In this document: piece after piece, positions 24,881-38,170 of the stretch
How the letters are laid out: every line of letters begins with the position of its first letter
How positions within the stretch are numbered: the stretch's first letter is position 1
Source of the DNA: Vicugna vicugna
Lineage: Eukaryota
Assembly (NCBI GenBank): GCA_013265495.1
Contig: MU058584.1
Location: 1,462,616 to 1,526,615, forward strand
Direction: 5' to 3'
DNA length: 64,000 bases
Made by a program: the position numbers and the translations under genes
The notes under the pieces: model-generated
Seen by the model: the letters and a program-made list of their open reading frames with translations, nothing else
What the model was told of the DNA's origin: nothing
The model's database searches: none

Positions 24881-26691
24881 TGAACTCAATTTTAGATTGA
24901 GTCTCTGAGAAGAATGGCATATGCTATCCTAGGACAAAATAATGAGTGATCTCAAAGTTTTATTTTGTCCTTGAAGAGAGATCAGTGGACATTTTTGGGA
25001 AAATTATAATAGTTTCCTTACATGGTCACAACTCAGAGATTATGAATTTATTTCAAAATTTCCTATTTTTTAATGAATCTTCTTCAGATCTATCATATAA
25101 GACTAACTAAAATTCTTCTGGAGCGTCTTTATATTTTTATGTGCAAATCAGAAGCAGGAGAACTCCAGTAAGAAACACTTTCATATTAGTTAATCACTGA
25201 TATAATGACATCACGTAATTTCTCAGAAAGGGTCCAAGGGTATTTTTGGTACCAGACTGCAGGAAGGAGTTATTGAGAGCAAGTGACAAACTGTCTTTTA
25301 CTCTACCTCCTAACAACTCTCCACTAGGAAGAGAAGTCAGAAAGAAAGGTATGTGGAGATTAATTGGGGCCTCAATCAATTTTTATGGTTAATAGTCCAC
25401 TAAGTCCCTCTGATTTCAAATTCTGTGTTTCCCTTAAGGATTCTGTGATGACAGGTTTCTGTTTCCCTGTGGGTGTTTTTTTGAAGCTGTTAATAATTAT
25501 AAATAACATTTATTGGATGCTTATCCTGTGCCATCTATCATGCCAACCTTTTTACGGGCATCATCTCAAACAGTCCTCCCCTCTGACCTATGACGATCAT
25601 GGGTCTTGGGAGTCTACGTGCCTTGTGAAAGGGCGCACAGTTACTGGGTAGAAGCGTTGGGATGGAAGCCAAGCCTGTGTTCTTAGCCATAGCATGGCAT
25701 TGTCTTACACCCACTGTGGAAAGCCGTGAAAGGAATGCAAACTTGTGGTCTAGCCCTACCACTCACCACCAGTGTGACCACATGTGAGCCTTCTTCACCG
25801 GGTCCTTGTGGAGACTGAATCATGCTCTTTGTAAACAGAAAGGCCTGTCCAAAGGTAACACAGTACTCCAACATCCTGGACTTGAAGATTTATTCAGTGA
25901 ACGTTGATAGAGTCCCTTCTATATGCTAGACCTGCCAGGTTCTGGGGAATACGTGAGACACGAGAGTTCTTCTCCTCTCATTCCTGGACTTTGGCAGTTC
26001 AGGGAGAGGCCGCCCTTCCCTTTCCAGGCAGGCCTGGGGCTGCCCGGGCTCTGACTGTGTGCCTCTAAGCCACGCTGGTAAGAGCCTGTTGAGAACTGAT
26101 GCCAGCAGCTCCCCAGCTGCCTCATGTTAATGCAATCAGCAAGAAGTCTGCACACCTGACGGTAGTTCAGAATATGAGGTGAATGATTAAAGTTTAAAAG
26201 GCCGTATACCATTGTAATCCCGAAAAGAAACTTTATGACTCATCATTCCTGATGTAATGTCATCTGTTTAATAAAGCTGTATTTCACTCACAGCTCATTT
26301 TTAATGGGTCTATTTAAGTAATGGCATTGGAGTTGAGTTTTTTCCCTTCCAAGCTAAGAGTGGTTTGTATGGATTGTACTTGAAAAAAAAAACACAACAG
26401 CCTAGGACTTGGATATTTACAGTATCCTTCAGCCTTCAGCTGACTGGGTATTATTTATGCCAAGCCCCTATACTTGGACTGAAATATCAAGCAAAGGCAA
26501 ACAAGCAGCTGGATATGCTAATACACAAACAAACCATGTCTCCCTTAATTGTATGGATGGGAATTTATGCCACGGGCAAATATTGTTATCTGTGAACTGC
26601 CTGGATGAGCAGTGGTCAGAGGGCATGATGCCCAGGGTGGCATTTCATTCAAGCAAGGAAGTGGGATCCATTGGGTTTGCTTGTCTTAAAT

Positions 26692-26918
26692 CAGTGGTTC
26701 TCCACTGGAGACAATTTTTCCCCCCCAGGGGACATTTGGCAATGTCTAGAGATGGTTTCTGTTGTCACAAATGGAGGGGATGGGAAGGGTATTGCTACTA
26801 GAATCTAGTGGATAGAAATGGAGGCTGCTGCCAAATGTCCTCTGATACACAGGACCCTGTTTCCATCAGAGAATTATTTGGCTCAAAATGTCATGAATGG
26901 TGAGGTTCAGAAACACTG
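26692..26918. mobile_element. MER20 hAT-Charlie element
   Basis: cagtggttctc..ccccccaggggacatttggcaatgtctagaga..gaggttcagaaacactg; the ends are inverted (cagtg..cactg). Confidence 0.92.
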
Positions 26919-27869
26919 TGTTTGATGGCTGGATGTGAGGGAGGTTGAGGTCGGGAGGTGTCAGATGCTGCAGTATAAGGCTATCTCTTACAGGAAATTC
27001 AAGAAGAAATCCTAGTGGGGGAAGTGGTACATGAGGTTTGAACTTGTAGTGTAAGAGGACTCTGGGAGTTCTTATAATCTCCTGTGAGAGTGAAGATGGG
27101 TCTGGTCTCATTGACTTGCTCCCACTTCTAGTTGGCTCCATTAATATCTTCCCAACTGAATGTTTTGAAATATTTCTTTTTCATTTATTAATTCTCATCT
27201 TCCTGTAGGAGGGGCTCACGTTGTAAAGTGAGGATGATAGAGTGGGAGTGGCCGTAATCTAGAATTTATAAAAATCTTGAAGGTGGAAATGTTGTAAAAG
27301 GTAATCTATTTCCAAACCTTGTGTTTAACAGTGAAACTAAAGCTCCCAAAAAGGAAATAACTTATGAAGGCAACCAACTAATCGTGACGTTCTACAACTG
27401 AACACTATTTATTTTGCTATCTTTGTTCTGAGTTTAAGAACAATAGATTTTGACTCACACATCACTCTACTTTCTAAATGCGGTACACGAATTAACATCT
27501 TCTTCCCTAATCTTCCTTCTTTTTTTCCGACTCCAAAATTTGCTCACACCAAGATCTGTTTTCAAGTGTGACACCATCAGAACCAAATTGCCTTTTGCCA
27601 TTTTTCTGCTACTTTTCTCAACAAGTTTAACTTTTGGCTTTTTATTGGTAGAGGCAATTTTATCTCTATTCTGTCGCCTTCTCATTTTCTCTTTGTGCTC
27701 TTAAATGTTTTTCTTCTTGAGCTTCATGGTGCTCACCAAGGCTGGTTACCATGGCACAAACTTCAATTCATGATAACCTCTTAGAGTTATAAGATGGAGA
27801 ACTTCCAAAGATCCTCAGAAAGATCAGGTGTAAAGAGGGGATATGTGCACTCCTATGACTCACTAAATT

Positions 27870-28668
27870 GGTATGGATTGAACTCTTGATTTATGCTACC
27901 CAAAATGTCCATTTTCTCAAGTTTTCCCGTTTGAGTAAAGTGACAGTTTGACCCATCCAGATGCTTGCGCCAAAATCCTTGGAAGCATTTATAACTCCTT
28001 TGATTCTCTTACTTCCCACATCCAAACCAGTGATACATCCTATTGGATCTACCTTCAGAATATATCCATGACCCAAGCACAAACCAGCCATTTTTTATCA
28101 CTTCCACGGCTTGTATCCACCTAAGTCCAAGCCACCACCATTTGAAATATTGCAATAACCTCTCAACTGGTCTTCCTTCTTCTGCCTGGCCCCTTTGTAG
28201 TCCATTCTCATAATGCAACCAGAGTGATCTTCTTAAGGTGTTAGTGCTTTATCTTAAAGCACCTCCTCATCTCAATAAAAATAAAATGAAAATCCTTACC
28301 CAAACCTCCATGACAATATTTATTTTTGCTTCTGTCCACCTCTCTGATCTCAGTTCCCAGGACTTCTCCTTTTGTTCTCCCTACATCTCCTTTCTATCCC
28401 CCAAATGTCAATTGTGCTCTCACTTCAGGACCTCTGCACTTTTTGTTTCTTATGCCTGGAAGGATGTTCTAGGCACAAACCTTCTCATGGAGAGGCGTTG
28501 CCTCATCCTTCCATCTAAAGTAGTACATTCCGTCCCCCATCTTCCCATCACTATATATAAGATTACTCTCTTCTGTGCCTGCTTTTTTGCTGCTCTGTGA
28601 CAAGCACATGGCAGGTACCCAGCCAATGGTTTTTGAACGAATGCATGAACACATGAATAAATGAATCA
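27870..28668 (+). mobile_element. LINE-2 3' region
   Basis: ccaaaatccttggaagcatt..tctaccttcagaatatatcc..ttgcaataacctctcaactggtct; ends gaataaatgaat. Confidence 0.88.
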
Positions 28669-28849
28669 GTGATTCCCTTTTATTGTTTAACTGCCAATCT
28701 GCCATGCTGCTCACAATTCTTCAGCTTCCCAGCTGGGATAGGAATGAGCTGGGCCCGATTTTTCATACTCAGTAGTAATAACTCTAACTTCCAATTCAAT
28801 ATTTTTGGTGTTCAGTTATTTCCAGGTCTCTGAAACTTGAAAGAGCTGA

Positions 28850-29350
28850 CTCAGTGGTAAGTCTTTGGCTTATTTATTTATTTCCATGGATTATCATTTG
28901 ACTGTGTCCCTGAACATATATCTACTTTTATTTAATTCCTTTTTTCTTATTTGCCTGAACTTTCTAGGGATTTTCTTATATGTCTGAGTACCACCTACAT
29001 AGTTGATGTTCATGACCTTGTGCCCTACTCAAGGTCAATTGTGATATTATGTAATAGTCTCAGAGGTGTCACATCCATGCCCAGACTCCTTACATTGACA
29101 TTTATTGTCACTCTTTTTTCATTCTACACAGAAGCATTCAAGCTCATTTGAATTGGCAAAGGCTGGAATAAAGTAGCTCTGCCACTAACATTTTGTGAGA
29201 GATCCTGTCGCAAGTGTTTTACTAAAAAGCAGAGATATAAGATCCCTTGCCTTCCTTTCATCTGCTGATTTGAAATTACATTGTAAAAGGCTATGAAGTT
29301 TGTCGGCTGTGATTTGTTCTTTAAATACCCTTGCTGCTTAATGTCCATGA
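28850..29350 (-). mobile_element. CR1/L3 LINE reverse-transcriptase fossil
   Basis: ORF 29124-29348 QQGYLKNKSQPTNFIAFYNVIS resembles the CR1 RT motif QHGFxKxKSCxTNLIxFYDxVT. Confidence 0.75.
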
Positions 29351-29742
29351 AATCCTTATTAGAATGCTGAATGGTCTTTAAACAATTTTTTTTTTAGGGC
29401 AGAGAAAGAGGACACGTCAGCAGATTGACAGGTATCTGGGAAAAGTGGATACGTAGGCCATGGAGGACTCGGTGAACTAAAAGTTGATTTCCAACTTTTG
29501 GCCATGGTTAAAGTCCAGTTTAGACCTGCTAGATTTAGAAGAGTCTCCTGATACTGATTATGTAGATTATATTGGTCATTTCTCTCATTTGGAGGGCCGT
29601 GAAGATTTATATGCATTGTATTTTTCATCCTCACACTATTTCTCTCTTCTGGTGTGATGTAAGAGATGGCTGCTGGATCAAGATTCAGAAGACCTTCATT
29701 CTGGCCCTGGTTTTGCTCCCACTGGGTGGCATGGTTTTAGAT

Positions 29743-29962
29743 CTGTGGTCAGCAAACTTTTTTGGTAAAGGACCAGATAGTAAGCATATTAGGCTTTGTG
29801 GGTCACGTGGTCCAGTGTCATTGTTCCACTTTGCTATTTGAGGATGCAAGCAGCCATAGACAATAAGTAAATGAATGGGGATGGCTGTTTTCCCATGAAA
29901 ACTTATTTACAGGAAGAGGTGGTAGGCCAGATTTGCTCCATGACTCATAGTTTACCAACTCT
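29743..29962. mobile_element. MER58A-type hAT-Charlie element
   Basis: gtcagcaaactttt..gtaaaggaccagatagtaa..aagcagccatagacaata..tagtttaccaac. Confidence 0.9.
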
Positions 29963-31944
29963 TTCTTTAGGAAATTGATTCAACTTCTCTGGGCCTTGTT
30001 TTCTTTATTTGCCAAGTAGGGGAGTTGAGCTAAAAAGAGTTCAAGTCATGAAGTTATTTGATCATATGTCCAAAGACTCATCTGCCAGGAGTTGTTCTAC
30101 TGCTTGAAATTGTGATGTGCTGTAAGTCTTCCTAGCACTGTCAGAACTGGTATTTCTCATTTTGGTTCAAACCCCCAGCAGGGAGCAGCTCTTGAACAGG
30201 GAGCTTCCTTTCAGATTCAAAGACACAGTGGACTCGGCCCCCGGGGGAGTGTGCCGAAATTTTCAAAAGTCCCGACATGCTCCCGCCATTGTAGAATGAA
30301 GAGTGTTGGAAGTCCTCAGGGATTGGAGCAAAGGGCTAATATCAGAAGAGCCCCCGTACCCCTTTCCCTCCCCCAGTATCACTTCCTCACTCGATCCTGC
30401 CCCAGCCCCCATCCCATCACTTGGCTAAGCCCCATCCTTCTCCAATCAAACTCGTCAGCTCAAACCAAGTCTCCACATGCTCAAAGAAGAAATCCTTTGG
30501 AGATGTCTCTGAATGTTAGATTATGAGCACAAAACTGTCACTCAAATTTTTTTCCCTTTGTGGAGAAGGTGGGAGATGATGGCAGGAGCTTTTCTCACCT
30601 GTCATTCATTTGGAACGTAAATATCTTTGAAAATCAAAAGCACATAATTTTCTAAAAACTATACATTCTTTATTTTTCTCTAATATGTTGTTTTAGTTAA
30701 GGGGCCACCTGGGGAATAGTCCTGCTGGGAAACTTTGAGGAAATGTATTTATTACAGTCAGACCCATGTTAAGCAGCCAAGTAACTACTTCCATTCAAAT
30801 TATGTCATATTTTTCAGTTTTCCAGGCTCTTTCGGCTGAAAAAGAAAAATGTTTGTGAAATCTTTCTATGAACAAAGACTTTGGAACCTTTAGAGCAAAT
30901 CTGTGTTTCGGTCATATAAGACTATGGTAGGGAAGGAAGGAAGAGTATTAGCGGAGAGACTTGAATACAGAATATAAATTGCTCTTACTTCAGCATTTCC
31001 TATACGCCAGGTGCCTTGCGTGCACCCTCATTTAATATCATGCTGATGAAGTAGTTATATTTCCAATTTACAAATAGGGAAACTAAGCCTTAGAAATCAT
31101 CCAATGTCACAAAGATTTAAAATGATAGAGTAAGTGTTTAATTTAAATCTGTCTAAACCCAGTTGTCCCCTAAACAATTATTTATACTGTTAATTTTTTG
31201 GAAATTATTCTAATTGGGGCTAATTAGATTTATAAGAGTCCGATTTTCCAATGGATACCGATTGCATAATGGATGGCATTTTTTGCTGGGAGGGGGCTCA
31301 ACAACAGAAAATGTCATTAGTTTAATGACGTGAAGGTGCTAATGCTGGTCTTCAGATAAACAGTATCCTCGAATGGGCCTACTGCACAAACATTTGGACA
31401 GCAAATTTTTTAAAAAATTGAATGTCATTAAAATTTTGAACTGAACGAATGAGATGAGCCATCTCCAGTACCCACTGATGAGGAAACTCACAAGTTTGGA
31501 ATCTGGTCCAGACGGATCAGCTACTTGTGGGGAAGAACCAGGACTGGACCCATACCTGTTGATTCAAAATCCCAGTGTTGTTTCTGCTGAACCACAAATA
31601 CATCTCTCACAAAAGGGATGGGAGAGAAGAATATTAGGAGAGCCAAGAAACCATGAAAGGGGAATGAGACTTTCTAAAGATTGGAAGAGAAAGCAACCTG
31701 GAATGGAAGGATGGCCTCAGACTGAGAGACAGACGGCCAGACAATAATTCAAATTTGACTTCAGCTGGCTGTAATGATCACAGCCCCCTATGCCTCAGTT
31801 ATTTACTTACTTTTAGTTTAGTTAAATCTTCAACAAGTTTTAAGAGTTTAAGATTAGGGATTAGAAACTGGTGACCTACAAGCTAAATTAGACTCACAAA
31901 TTAGTTTTGTTTAGACTACACCAAGTTTTGCTTTTCTTTCCAAA

Positions 31945-32530
31945 TTGTTTTGAGATACATTTCACATACAACATTTCGTAAATTTAAGGTGTACAAAGTG
32001 ATGATTTGATACATATATGTAATCAAATGATTATCACAATAGGGTTAGTTAACACCACCATCCCCTCACATGATTGCTTTCTTTTTTTTTTCTTTTTGGT
32101 GGTAAGAAGATTTAAGATTTACTCTCTTAGTAACTTTCAAGTATTATATAATCCAGTGTTATTAATTATAGTCATCATGCTGTACATTAGATCTCCAGGA
32201 CTTATTCATTTTATAGCTGGAAATTGGTACCCTGTGACCAATATCCCCCTATTTTCCCATCCCTTCCAGCCTCTGGTAACCACCATTCTACTCTCTGCTT
32301 CTGTGAGTTCAGCTCATTTAGACTCCATGTGTAAGTGAGATCACACAATATTTGTCTTTCTCTGTCTGACTTATTTAACATAATGCCCCTAAGATCTAAC
32401 CATGTTGTCACTAATGACAAGATTCCCTTCTTTCTTATGGCTGAATAATATTTCACTTTATATATATATGTATGTGTGTGTATATATATATATATATATG
32501 TATATGTATATGTATATATACATACACACG

Positions 32531-32563
<33 letters not shown>

Positions 32564-33121
32564 CTCTTTATCCGTTCATCTATATTCAGATACTTAAGTC
32601 GTTTCCGTATCTTGGCTATTGTGAATAATGCTTCAATAAATATGGGAGTTCTGTTATCTTTTTGAGATCCTGATTTCATTTTTTTGGCTATATACCCAGA
32701 AGTAGGATTACTGGATTGTATGGTAGTTCTATTTCTGAATTTTTGAGGAACCTCCAGCACAGCAAAAGAAACAATCAGCAAAATGAAAAGGCAATCTATG
32801 GAAAGGGAGAATATATTTACAAACCATCTATAGGATAGGGGGTTAATATTCAAAATATATAGAAAACTCATATAACTCATTAGCAAAAAAAAAATCTGTT
32901 TTAAAAGGCACAGAGGATCTGAATAGATATTTTTTTTCCAAAAAAGACTTACAAATGTTCAACAGGTTCATGAAAAGAGGCTCAACGTTGCTCATCTTCA
33001 GGGAAATGCAAATCAAAATCTGATGTCATCTCAGACTTGCTAGAATGGCTATTATCAAAAAGACAAGAGATTACAAATGTTAGCGAGAATGTGAAGAAAA
33101 AGGAACTCTTGTGTACAATGG
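31945..33121 (-). mobile_element. L1MA-type (L1MA9-like) LINE-1 with inverted 5' segment
   Basis: Minus-strand 3' end at 31945-32756 (tacattagatctccaggacttattc..) is joined to a plus-strand ORF2 piece at 32757-33121. Confidence 0.9.
32458..32562. repeat. Compound (TA)n/(TATATG)n/(CA)n microsatellite inside the L1
   Basis: Directly visible. Confidence 0.95.
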
Positions 33122-34289
33122 TCCTTTTTTAAAATGTGGCTGAGTTTAGCTGTCAAATGCACTCTCCAGTCCTCGTCACTCTCATTTCTTTTTTAGACCC
33201 CACAGACCACTTCACACATCTACATTATCTTTCTGATCACCAGCAATCTTTTGCCAATGACCAAGACTTTCCAAATAGCTCTCACAGTGTATCATTGTCT
33301 AATTTAACTGGTTGGTGAGAAAAGGTCTCAGGGCTAAATTCTAAGAATAAGCTACCTGGAAGTTGGTCTCACAAGAAAAATGTCCTCATCACAAGGCAGG
33401 GAACTTCCACTCTGCACATGCAAAATATCAACAGATACTCTCCTGCCAGTGGTAATTTCCAAGACAGGAAGGAAAGGACAGTGTTCCCAACGAAGGTGAA
33501 GTGAAGATGGTGGTCAGCCTAATGGAATTACCCAGACGGGAACTTGGCCAAGACTGAGGGCTACCACCTGTGCCAGTTAGGGTCACTAGACTGCGGGATC
33601 AGTTGGAGTTTTCCCCTGATATACGGGCTTCTAGAAAGTCAGCAATCTGGAGCCCACGCTGGGCAGATCTGACAGAATCTTTTCCTTTGAGCAAGTGCCA
33701 CTTGGCAAGTATCCTTTTCAGAGACATTTCATCCTCATAAGTCAGACCTGCTAACTGTGAGGCAGTGCATGATTTTAATTTTCATCAGTTTCCTATCAGT
33801 GACCTCAAGTCTGGTTAAAAGGCCAAAGTATGCCTCCAAATTCCCGGGTGAGAAGGGCTTGTGGATTTGTTCTGTCTTGTTTCCTATGTTTATGGGGCTT
33901 TTAGACGCATAATCTCACTGAACGCTAATGAAGTAGGCAGGGAAGTAGCTTTCAGCCCCTGTGTAAAAGGGAGTAAGTGGAGACTCGAGAGTTTCAGAGC
34001 CAGAACTCAATCCAGGTTTCCAGCTTCCCTGCCTATGATGTTTCCATTGTACTTTGGCACAAGTAAATGGTGTTGTTCCAAGGTTCATGGCAACAAGGCA
34101 AGCTGTGTCTACTGGAAGCCAAGGCAACTGGGATCATCTGAGCAAACAAACACAGTTAAACTGGTTATTGGGATTAGCAAACACTGTCATAATATTATGG
34201 CCTCTAGCTGACTGGGGCATCGTGACCTCCTTTCTCTCTTACATTGGAAAACCGTGGTATTAATGACCCAAGCGCTAGTGCCAGACACC

Positions 34290-34965
34290 TAGAGGTCATC
34301 CTCTCCGCTTCCTTTCTGATACTTCATCTTGGTGGTCACTGAGTTTTGTAGAATCACCTCCTCTTATCTCTTAATGTTGTCTCCTCCTTTCTGCCCCCTA
34401 GTAGTGTCCTTATATCAGACCCCAGTATTTCTCCCAAAGGGTGTTGAGATAGTGTCTTAACTGGCCTGCATGTCTCCTGGTTTTTACCTCTACAGTCATT
34501 TCATATGTGATGTCTTTTTTCTCTTTTTTTTATTAAAGTATAGTCAGTTACAAGGTGTCAATTTCTGGTGTGCAGCGTAACATGTCAATCATACATATAC
34601 GTACATATATTCATTTTCATATTCTTTTTCATTATAGGTTACTACAAGATGTTGAATACAGTTCCCTGTGTTATAGAGAAGAAATTTGTTTTTCATCTAT
34701 TTTATACATAGTTATTGATTCTCCCTTTCCCTTCCCAGTAGAATGGACCTCTCCTTAATTCTTTCACTCATCAAACCCTATACATTCAGGGCATCATCTG
34801 TAATATTTTACTACAAATGTTATCTTTGTATATCTGTCTCCCTTCCCTTCCAGATTTTGAGTAACTTGAGAAAAGGGACCCTTTCTTATTTTTCACTGTA
34901 TCCTGATTCGCTAGCTCTCTACCTGGCACTAGTAAGGACTGACAATGTTTGATAAATAAATCATC
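34290..34965 (+). mobile_element. LINE-2 fragments interrupted by an L1 tail
   Basis: gaggtcatcctc..ggtcactgagttttgtaga; ends cctggcactagtaagg..aatgtttgataaataaat. Confidence 0.65.
34515..34712 (-). mobile_element. L1 3' end (camelid/artiodactyl type)
   Basis: ttttattaaagtatagtcagttaca..gttgaatacagttccctgtg; homologous to the reverse complement of 1420-1570. Confidence 0.88.
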
Positions 34966-36635
34966 AAATAATTAAACCACTCTATTTCAGGCACTTAGAT
35001 TCGAAGGATGCAGTCACTGCTCCTGTGGAGTTTCTAGTCTGCTGGTGACATTTGAGCAGATAACCATGATAAAGTTTGATTAAGTGCTTTCACAGAAGTA
35101 TGATGCACATTCTGTGGAAAAAACAACGAAGCTGGGGTCTTTGTCTCTTTCCACCATTTGTCCAGAGGGAAGAAACCTGAAGGAGCATCTTCTTGGCAGG
35201 CCCTTGGCTACTTTTTCTCTCCCCACCTCTGTCAAGCATGACCTGAGATACATTTCCAACAAGTTAAGCAGAAACATTTCTCTGGAACGTCAGCATCTAC
35301 TTTGCTGAAATCCATTAATTCTCTGCTTTAACACCCTTGGTCAGAAATAGCTCAGAACCTTATGGGGGAATATGAAAAGCAGACTGTCTGGCCACAGTCA
35401 CAAGAAAGATATTAATATTCCCCTTCATGGATCTCTCTCTTTCTCTCCATCCTTTCTCCCACTGCCTGCACCCTCCACCCCACCCCCACCGCCAACCACC
35501 AAAATAAATATTTTCCAAGAATCTACGACAAGAGATTTGAAAGTAAATCAAAACCTGGACAGAGGGTCAACGAAAAAGGATAAAGCTGCCACTTATATGT
35601 GTCTAAGGCAGTAAAAGGGGCAGCTTATTCTATTATTTACAGTCTCCATAAAGATGAAAGCTTCCTTACTCAGACAAAGCCCTGAGCTTATTAATTGCCA
35701 GGGAGGTCTCTCCCACTTCTAGGTTTTCTGCTCTTGATGGGGAAGGCAAGGAGAGAGTTAACTCTCTCTTTCCTACCACCCCCCCCTCCTTTTTTTTTTT
35801 TTTTTAAGGGAGCTCTTGGGGCAAGCGGAAGGGTTTGTTAAACCTCCAGATTTCTCTGCATTATGTCCAGGTGGCATGACGTGTGAACAGACGAAAGATT
35901 AAAATCACCGAGGAAATCGCTCCGTCTGAGCCCAGATCACGACGCCTTTCAGTGACCCAGCGACCCAAATGCTATCTGTCAACTTGTCCTTCCAGAGACT
36001 TTTCACCCCATGCTCTGCGGCTGCTACTCCAGGAAAAAAAAAAAAAAGTAAGAAAGAAAAAAAAAATCAGGAGTTGGAAGGAGGGGGAAGAGGGAGAAGA
36101 GAGAGGGAGGAAGCAGGGATAAAATACTGCCTTATTACGAAGGACTCTGCAATGCAGGTCAACTGCAGGGCGCGGGAGCTTTTTTAACAAACTAAATACT
36201 TTTTCCAGACCCTCACTCCCAGTGTTTCCTCACTGTCTCCTCAAACTCTCAGCTCCCTCGGGAAATGTCATGCCAAGTCGTAGGACCTGGTCCCACAACA
36301 GAACTCCGGTCCTAGAGAGTCCCCTGAGGATGGAGATTTTCCTTCTTTTCAAAAATCTTTCCACAAAACCTGTTTGGCCTTTGCTTGGGTTCTTGATGAG
36401 TTAGAAAGGTCACCAGGTTTGCGCTGGCCTCCAGGTATAGCCAGAGTTAGGTTCCTTGTATCAGGGTGGGAGGCAGGGATTGGGTGAGATGAGAGGAGGG
36501 GGTAGAAACAGACACCCTGCAGACATTTTACAGTGTTGGGCTCTCATATTAAGAGCCTGCCTGTTAAGAGCCTGGGTTGGACACTTTAAATGTCCCAGCA
36601 AAAGACAGATAAGGCTGCCCATTCCTTAAAGGCAG

Positions 36636-36717
36636 TAGATTGAACCATATGAAGTTACGTTTTTCTTTTTCAGGTCAGACCCAATCAAATATTGGCAATT
36701 CCATGTGGTTCAAACTA
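36636..36717. mobile_element. MADE2-type Mariner-derived MITE (~80 bp palindrome)
   Basis: tagattgaaccatatgaagtt ... aattccatgtggttcaaacta terminal inverted repeats. Confidence 0.85.
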
Positions 36718-37074
36718 TTTCGCAATCTAAATAGCACCTCACCATAGTAAGTTTGGTAAATATCAAACATCGTCTTCTTTCAAAGAAATGGTTCTATGCC
36801 CTGCTATGCTAGCATCTTGAGCACATGCTCTGTCTGCCCAGGGAGCCAGTCAGCACTGGGTGGTGGTGGTGGTGGGGAGGGGGTGGTGGTCAAATTCTGC
36901 ATTAAAATATAGCAGAAAATAGAAGCTCCTTTGCATACCTTTAAACAGACCTCGAATGTGTTTTTCTGAAAGACTTCAACATGTGATATTTCAAATTATA
37001 CAACTTTAAGGAGACATTGTATGAAAATTCAGGACTCTGTTAAACGTTCAGACACTTAGAAACTTGCATAGAAA

Positions 37075-37740
37075 TAAATGTTTGCATGCTCTTTCACTTG
37101 GTGTCTTTTTCTGTTCCAGGATTCCATCCAGGATACTGTTTCATTTAGCCTCCTCTTGACTGTGACATTTTCTCAGATGTTTCTTGTTTTTGATGATCTT
37201 GACAGTTTGAGGGGTATTGGTCATGAATTTTGTAGACTATGTGTGCCATTTTGTATATTTTTAAATTTAATTAATCAGGAGACATTTCTTAACGTTATCA
37301 TCTGTTTGTTTCAAAAGCCATATTTTTAACGACTGTGTAATATTCCACAGGTGACGGTGACATTAACATTTTTTTCTAAGAAAATAAAATGATCTATCAC
37401 TGTGTTTCTTTAACACTGGCTGGAGATTAACATGGAAGAGACAATATTTAATGGGGGAAAGTATGCGTTTATGAATATTATCTGGTGGTGAACATTTTGA
37501 CATTCTTGTTTGACTTCTGTCCCAGTGTAGCATGTAAGTGCGGGCATACATGTGCACAGAAAAGGGCAACATCCTCGAACATATTATTTTTAATCCAGAC
37601 TCCAAATATCTGTCCATCACCACCACACTCCCTCCTTGTCTCTAGTCTGTAATTGTAAAATGCCAGTGTTGCAAAGGTGGATTATTTCCTTCCCTATTTG
37701 CATAGTCTTTTAGTCTGTGGGAAAACATCACTTGTTTATT
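37075..37740 (-). mobile_element. Old L1M 3' UTR fragments
   Basis: ttttctgttccaggattccatccaggatac..ttgacagtttgaggggtattggtca; gactgtgtaatattcca. Confidence 0.65.
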
Positions 37741-38170
37741 TTTGTAGACTTCTTTGCCCTTGGGATTTGAGGTCACTCAGTTGAGAAACGCTGGTTTCCT
37801 TTCAAATTAAAGGTTTGCAAACAACTGTTTTAAAATATTACTACTCTTATGGGTTTACATTGTCATAACCATCCACCCAGTTTCCTCCTCTCGCAGTAAT
37901 CTTTGATGGCTATCTTTCTCACTTTGCATTATCACGTTTGTCAAGTTTATCTCCTAAGTATATCTCTGTCAGTCATTCATCTCATCATTTTCACCTCCAC
38001 TGCATTTGTTCTAACTGCCATTATTTCTTGCCTGGATTATTATAATGAATTCCTCATTGCTTCCTCCACCTCTCCCCAGGACCAGGCTTTCTTTTTTCAA
38101 GTTCATGCCTTCTTTTACATATATATATATGTAACATATATGTATATATTTGTAATAAATATTATGATTT

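Larger units (their letters stand above)
31855..33265. mobile_element. MER102-like hAT element split by the L1 insertion (31855-31935 and 33125-33265)
   Basis: aaactggtgacctacaagctaaat..ttttgttt on the left; ccacttcacacatctacattatct on the right. Confidence 0.55.

Noticed and set aside
32211..32886. ORFs of 87-142 aa
   Set aside because: They derive from L1 sequence and the embedded microsatellite.
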